This document shows, one piece after another, positions 58,581 to 64,000 of a DNA stretch of 64,000 nucleotides (position 1 is the stretch's first letter; each line of letters opens with the position of its first letter). Origin of the DNA: Eubacteriales bacterium (GTDB taxonomy: Bacteria > Bacillota > Clostridia > Oscillospirales > CAG-272). The translations under genes and the position numbers were made by a program. Under the pieces are notes generated by a model. That model saw nothing but the letters and a program-made list of their open reading frames with translations. It was not told where the DNA came from and ran no database searches. The DNA lies in contig JAZNJA010000090.1 in NCBI GenBank assembly GCA_045577755.1, forward strand, positions 2,144 through 66,143, read 5' to 3'.

Positions 58581-61136
58581 ATGAAAAAAACCTTACACGT
58601 CATTCCGCACTCCCACTGGGACCGCGAGTGGTATCTTCCCTTCGAGAAGCACCGTGTCCGTCTGGTGGAGCTGTTCGATACTCTGATCGACGTCATGGAA
58701 AAGGACCCCGACTATACCTACTACCACATGGACGGTCAGTACGTGGTCATCGACGATTACCTGGAGATCAAGCCCCATATGCGGGACCGCCTCATGAAGC
58801 TCATCCACGACGGCCGCATCCAGGTAGGCCCCTGGTACATCCTCCAGGACGAGTACCTCACCTCGGGCGAGGCCAACGTCCGCAATATGCTCTACGGTCT
58901 GAAGCTCTGCCGTGAGATCGGTGCCGAGCCCGTGGAGACCGGCTACTTCCCCGATGCCTTCGGCAACATCTCTCAGGCCCCCCAGATCGTCAGAGGCTTC
59001 GGATTTGACAGCGCCGTCTTTGGCCGCGGCATCAACGACGTGGGCGCCGACAACCAGATCGTCAAGCAGAACGGTATCACCAAGAGCGAGCTGATCTGGC
59101 GTTCCCCCGACGGCTCTGAGGTCATGGGCGTTCTCTTCGCGGGCTGGTACTGCAACGCCATGGAGCTGCCCACCGATCCCGACGCTCTCCGCAGCCGCCT
59201 GGCTGATATCGTGGCCTCCACCTCCCGCTTCGCCCTGACTCCCCAACTGCTGGGCATGAACGGCTGTGATCACCAGCCCATTCAGGTGGACCTCCAGCCC
59301 GCCATCAAGCTGGCGAACCAGGTGCAGGACGAGGTAGAGGTCAAGCAGTCCAATTTCAAGGACTACCTGGAGGCTGTCCGCCCCTATAAGGACACCTTCC
59401 CCGTCTACGAGGGGGAGATCAACGGTCAGCTCTCCACCGGCTCCTGCCCCCTGATCTGCACCGCCTCGGCCCACGTGGACATCAAGCAGATGAACCACGA
59501 CACCCAGCACCTCCTGGAACGCCTGGCCGAGCCCGTCAGCGTCCTGTCCTTCCTGAACGGCGGGAAATATGAGCAGGATCTCTTCCTCTACGCCTGGAAG
59601 AAGCTCATGCAGAACCACCCCCACGACTCCATCTGCTCCTGCTCCTGCGACGAGATCTACGAGGAGATGAAGACCCGCTTCGCCAAGGCCTCCGCCTGCG
59701 GCGAGGAGCTGCGGGACGGAGCCCTGGATCACCTGGCCGCCGTGGTGGACACCTCCGCTGTCGAGGGCGACCACGCCATCCTGGTGCTGTCTCTGGAGCC
59801 CAACCGTTCCGTACTGACCGTCAGGGCCAACGTGGACCTGGACCGCAACGATCCCACTACCGACATCGCCATCTTCGACGAGAAGGGCAACGAGGTCCCC
59901 GCCAAGATTCGATATATCCCCAACCAATTCACCTATACCCTCCCCAAGGACCGCTTCCGTCAGCCCCGCTACGTGAATCGCTTCGAGGTGGAGATGCAGG
60001 TTGAGTCCGTTGGTATCGGCTACCGCACCTTCGCCGTCAAGAAGCAGGCTCCCACCGCCAAGACCGCCGTCTGCTACACCGACTCCTCCATGGAGAACGA
60101 GTTCCTTTCGGTGAGCTTCAACGCAAACGGCACCGTGGACGTCACCGACAAGAGGACCGGCCGCGCCTACAAGGATCAGAACCTCTTCGAGGACACCCGC
60201 GATCAGGGTAACCTCTACAACTACGTCCAGCCCGAGGGCGACATGGCCGTCACCACCGCCGACTCCAAGGCCGAGATCTCCCTCCACGAGGTCACCCCCT
60301 GGTCGGTCACCTTCAAGGCCGTGGTCCCCATGGCCATCGATGCCGATATCACCACCTACGTTACCCTCTCCGACAAGGTCGCCCGGGTGGACTTCAGGAC
60401 CGTGGTCGTAAACCGCATGGAGGATCACCGCCTCCGCGCCCTGTTCACCTCGGACATCGCCACCGACTCGGTCTGGGCCGAGGGTCAGTTCGACGTGGTG
60501 CGCCGCGATATTCAGCCCTCCCCCGTCTGGAAAAATCCCTGCAATGCCCAGCGCGTCCAGGCCTTCGTGACCCTGGAGTCCGACAGCGCCACCCATGCTC
60601 TGATGGTGGCTAACCGCGGGCTCTGCGAGTATGAGGTCCTCCGCGACGGACGCAACACCCTGGCCGTCACCCTCCTCCGTGCTGTGGGCGAGATCGGCGA
60701 CTGGGGCGTATTCCCCACCCCCCTGGGACAGAAGAAGGGCACCTGGACCCTGGAGTACTCCCTCATCCCTTACGACACGACCGCTCGTCCCGCCGCCTAC
60801 GCCGAGGGCTACACCTTCGCCTACCCCGCCGCCCTGGCCATCGGCACCACCAAGCACGAGGGTACCCTCCCCGCCGCTCAGGACTACGTCCGCTTCCATA
60901 ACGAGCATATCCGCATGACCGCCCTCAAGAAGGCCGAGGACCGCGACACCGCCATCCTTCGCCTCTTCAACACCGCCGCCGAGACCGTCACCCTCACGGC
61001 AGACCTCTCCGATCGGTTCACGACCGCCAAGCTCACCAATCTGAACGAGGCAGTCGAGGCTGGTCTGGAGATCAAGGACGGCAAGCTGACCCTGGATATC
61101 CCCGCCAAGAAGATCATGACCCTGGAGCTGGCTTGA
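58581..61136 (+). CDS. GH38 family alpha-mannosidase (851 aa)
   Basis: N-terminal LHVIPHSHWDREWYLPFE is the GH38 metal-site signature. Size and C-terminal beta-rich domains fit cytoplasmic GH38 enzymes. No signal peptide. Confidence 0.9.
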   Translation: MKKTLHVIPHSHWDREWYLPFEKHRVRLVELFDTLIDVMEKDPDYTYYHMDGQYVVIDDYLEIKPHMRDRLMKLIHDGRIQVGPWYILQDEYLTSGEANVRNMLYGLKLCREIGAEPVETGYFPDAFGNISQAPQIVRGFGFDSAVFGRGINDVGADNQIVKQNGITKSELIWRSPDGSEVMGVLFAGWYCNAMELPTDPDALRSRLADIVASTSRFALTPQLLGMNGCDHQPIQVDLQPAIKLANQVQDEVEVKQSNFKDYLEAVRPYKDTFPVYEGEINGQLSTGSCPLICTASAHVDIKQMNHDTQHLLERLAEPVSVLSFLNGGKYEQDLFLYAWKKLMQNHPHDSICSCSCDEIYEEMKTRFAKASACGEELRDGALDHLAAVVDTSAVEGDHAILVLSLEPNRSVLTVRANVDLDRNDPTTDIAIFDEKGNEVPAKIRYIPNQFTYTLPKDRFRQPRYVNRFEVEMQVESVGIGYRTFAVKKQAPTAKTAVCYTDSSMENEFLSVSFNANGTVDVTDKRTGRAYKDQNLFEDTRDQGNLYNYVQPEGDMAVTTADSKAEISLHEVTPWSVTFKAVVPMAIDADITTYVTLSDKVARVDFRTVVVNRMEDHRLRALFTSDIATDSVWAEGQFDVVRRDIQPSPVWKNPCNAQRVQAFVTLESDSATHALMVANRGLCEYEVLRDGRNTLAVTLLRAVGEIGDWGVFPTPLGQKKGTWTLEYSLIPYDTTARPAAYAEGYTFAYPAALAIGTTKHEGTLPAAQDYVRFHNEHIRMTALKKAEDRDTAILRLFNTAAETVTLTADLSDRFTTAKLTNLNEAVEAGLEIKDGKLTLDIPAKKIMTLELA

Positions 61137-61160
61137 CCGATCCTCTCCAACCGAAAAAAG

Positions 61161-61201
61161 AAACCGCGCCCACCCCCGTAGGGGGGCGGGCGCGGTTTTT
61201 C
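61161..61201. terminator. bidirectional rho-independent terminator
   Basis: AAACCGCGCCCACCCCC-GTA-GGGGGGCGGGCGCGGTTTTT, with an A tract upstream. Lies between convergent genes. Confidence 0.8.
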
Positions 61202-61277
61202 GTAAGTCGAAGGCAGGAGTACGGGCAAGGCGCCGTGTCCGATGCCGCGGTATCGGGGTCCGACGGTCGGAGGTCTC

Positions 61278-63536
61278 TTACCGCCCTCTGCTGACGATCC
61301 GGAATTGGTTCTCGGTAAGCAGCCAGTACGCGTCGTCCATCAGCTGGTAGTCGTACTTGATCACGTCGGTCTGCAGCTCGTCCAGGCCATCCCGTCGGGC
61401 GATGAGCTTTCTGAATTCCACCAGACCGTCAAAGGTGGTGAGATTTCCATGTCGGCGCAGGGTGTAGTCCTTTCCGTTGTCCTCCCTGTCTGCCAGGATC
61501 TCGGCCTTGCTCGCGGGAACGAAGCCCACGCTCAGCATGAACGAATTCCAGCGGTAATGCTCATGGATCGCCATGGTACGCCTGCGGGATTCCTTGAAAT
61601 CAAGGCCATATCGGATGATGGGCTTACCCTCGGCATCCCGCCCGTCGGAGATGGGGAGATCGTCGGGGGCGTAGCGGTCCAGATAAGCCTTCCGATCCAG
61701 GACCTCGAACCGCCCGTGTCACAGGCGGGAAGGTAATCCAGCCCCATCAGGTGCAGCTTGGCACGCAGGCTGAGGCAAGCGTATACGTTGGACTCCCTCT
61801 CCTTCGGAGTCTTTTTCAGGTACCAATCGCAATCCGCCTGAGCATACACGTCCGACACGGAGACGCCCGTCCCCTTGCCGGTATTGCTTTTGATAGCTTT
61901 TTCCAGGGCGTAGATCCGATCGCGCATTTTCGCCATGGCGGTGGCGGTATGATTGACGATACGATCCACGTTGTAGACGGTCTTCCTCTCGTCGCCGATC
62001 AGGAAGCAGTCGTCCCGTCTGAAGATCTCGTAGGCATCGTTTCCGCTGCACCTTGACGAAAACGTAGGTATTCCGAAGCCCCCACTCCTGTTTCTTCGCC
62101 AGAAGCTTCTGGGCCATATCCTGGTTCTCAAGATCGGTTCCAAAGGCGATGATGATGTAATTGAAGCTCTTCTCACCCGAGAGAGCGGTGCGGATGCTCC
62201 TGTAAAACGCGGGACTGTTTACGTCCAGGACGCCGGGGGTGCTGGTGACTGAGGCGGGCATGGGGAAGGGCAAGTACGGCTGATCCTCCCCTCCTCTTCC
62301 CTGCTTCGCGATCCTGTCCTCGAATTCGTTTTGGAAGCGGCGGTAGCTGTGATTCAGATTCTTGTCGTTCTCGGCGTTCTGCTTGTCAAAAATGTGATAC
62401 CGGACCGACTTCAGAACCGGCGTCCCATTCTCTTCGGTCATGAACTGGTTGTTGGCCACCGAGGTCAAAAAGATCCGTCGGTTGGTCTTTCCAAAGCCGA
62501 TCATGGCCACGTTCACGTCCACGCCGTCACGCAGAAGGGACGTGCCGTAGTCGATCTGCTCCTCCGTCATGAACTGAGTGAGGGGATACCGATCGATGAA
62601 ATCCATCGCGATCCGGCGATACTTGCTCACGTAGTGGATACAGCCGTCCGACGCCTCCACGATGCTGTCGTATACGGTCTCATGGTCGGGGGAGCCAAAG
62701 ACGTATACCTGGGCGCGGCTCAAGAGATGGGCCACCGTTTTCGGATCCTTCCCCTCCAGGAAGCGGCGGCTGCAGGCGATGAGCCTGTGGCAGAGATCGA
62801 TATTGGCCTCGTCGCTTTGGGTATTGATGATCAGCACGCAGGAGCGCCGGCTTTCAGGATCGGACAGGGTATCCCGCAGCAGATCGCAGCAGTACGCCTG
62901 CAGTCTGGTTTCGGAGACGGGCTCTGCCCCCCGGCGGCTCCCGCTCTTTTCCGTGGCGCTCCCCGAAATGAAGTTGATCCTCTTGGCGAACAGCGCGGCC
63001 TTTTCCCCGTCGGAAATATCATCGAGCAGCATGACCCTTCGGTGCTTTTCCGACTCGTATATGCTGAGGTTCGCCTCGTTCAGCCCCACGATCAGCAATC
63101 TTTCCTTTTTACAGCGATTCCACCGTCGGATCTGCCACCATTCCCAAACCTTTTGATACATCAGGGAGGCCACGAACAGCATGGCGTTGACGGCGACCAC
63201 GACGAAGCAGAGGTACATAGCGGCTCTGTAGACGGGGTTATCCCTCATGAGCCCCTCGATATCCTTGGTGTCGTACCGTAAAACCACCAGAGTTACAGCC
63301 TTACTGATAGCCGTGAAGATGGCCATGACCCAATTGGCGGGGTCCTGATAAAAAAGCCCGATCCAATACAGGGGGATCGCCGCCAGGTACACGACGGCGC
63401 AGTTTCCCTTTTTAAACCTTCGGATGAACTCGATATTCTTCCAGGGCGTCCTTCGGTTTCTGCAGAAAATGACCACACACACGGTGACGATGGCCAGCAG
63501 AACCGCTATGCAAACAGCCGACAGTGCGGTATACAT
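61278..63536 (-). pseudogene. frameshifted gene for a membrane-anchored multi-Rossmann-like protein of unknown function
   Basis: One reading frame gives MYTALSAVCIAVLL...TYVFVKV. It continues in another frame as SGNDAYEIFRRDDCFLIGDERKTVYNV...LHLMGLDYLP, and in a third as GRFEVLDRKAYLDRY...MAIHEHYRWNSFMLSVGF...FRIVSRGR. Frame switches are near 62048-62058 and 61705-61725. Good AAGGAGG RBS at the 5' end. Confidence 0.7.
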
Positions 63537-63735
63537 AAGTCCTCCTTGCTCCCGCGCGTCCACGCAACGCGACGGGTTCTTTATGCGGCGGAAGGCAGCT
63601 CCCGCCGGGGTGCTGTCTCATGACGGATACGCTCCTACAGGGAATCAGCCCGAGACCGGGATTCTGACTGGGTCACTTCATTATGCCATAGATCCGCGAA
63701 TATTGCAAGTGCTTTGTGTCCCGATTGCGCCGTAG

Positions 63736-63809
63736 GCGTATTTCACTGCCGCAGGCAATTTCACACGCGCCAGCGTATTTCACTCGTTCCGCAGGAACGA
63801 ATTTCACTG
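63736..63809. repeat. two tandem ~37-bp direct repeats, each with two ATTTCAC boxes flanking a small hairpin
   Basis: GCGTATTTCACTGCCGCAGGCAATTTCACACGCGCCA followed by GCGTATTTCACTCGTTCCGCAGGAACGAATTTCACTG. Confidence 0.6.
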
Positions 63810-63844
63810 AAAAAAGCCATTCGCTTTTGCGAATGGCTTTTTTC
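63810..63844. terminator. bidirectional rho-independent terminator
   Basis: AAAAAA-GCCATTCGC-TTTT-GCGAATGGC-TTTTTTC. Confidence 0.75.
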
Positions 63845-64000
63845 TTGGCACACCCTTTCAAAATCGATCCATACCGCAAGTTTTTTCGAAATCGATCCGT
63901 GGTTTTCGGTTGGTGGGTAGACTTATCCCTTGGCGATGATGGGAGTTGCACTTGACCGCTGTCTTCCGGGGTGCTACTCCATGCGCGCAAACGAAGCTAT

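Noticed and set aside
63564-63735. A ~170-nt structured-looking 5' region upstream of the pseudogene, considered as a riboswitch.
   Set aside because: I could not match it to any riboswitch consensus I know, and only weak promoter-like hexamers are present. Left unassigned.
1-64000. Search for tRNA, rRNA, CRISPR arrays, transposase, integrase or phage genes.
   Set aside because: None recognised by eye. The repeat elements found carry no coding capacity, so no autonomous mobile element is called.

Overview
GC-rich segment with strong GC3 bias that looks like a Firmicutes/Clostridia chromosome: AGGAGG-type RBSs, T-box leaders and a hisZ-type his operon. All calls were made by eye from the sequence and ORF track; no searches were run.

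Left to right:
- an ECF sigma factor with a translationally coupled membrane partner
- a large beta-helix lipoprotein
- a complete histidine operon (TrpR-like hisR candidate, hisZGDCBH, hisAF, hisIE), interrupted between hisH and hisA by a palindromic repeat element plus a small gene
- a secreted LamG/GDPD enzyme
- a low-GC islet
- a sigma factor with a long C-terminal extension
- an acyltransferase and an amidohydrolase
- the block I find most interesting (22022-36721, all minus strand), described below
- a secreted phosphodiester-glycosidase-like protein
- a 2941-aa S8 protease/LRR giant protein directly upstream of an Opp-type peptide transporter
- a thioredoxin-fold lipoprotein
- a GH38 mannosidase
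- a frameshifted membrane-protein pseudogene

The 22022-36721 block has three consensus promoters, each followed by a T-box leader. My manual Stem I alignment gives Ile, Val and Leu specifiers. Together they control three acyl-CoA synthetase-type fusion proteins, a P-loop NTPase, a four-subunit 2-oxoacid:ferredoxin oxidoreductase, ilvE and a catalytically degenerate LeuA-like protein. I read this as a candidate module that makes branched-chain amino acids from branched-chain fatty acids by reductive carboxylation.

At least two families of intergenic palindromic repeats are dispersed through the window. I recognised no rRNA, tRNA, CRISPR array, transposase or integrase. Most long ORFs antisense to these genes are GC-bias shadows.
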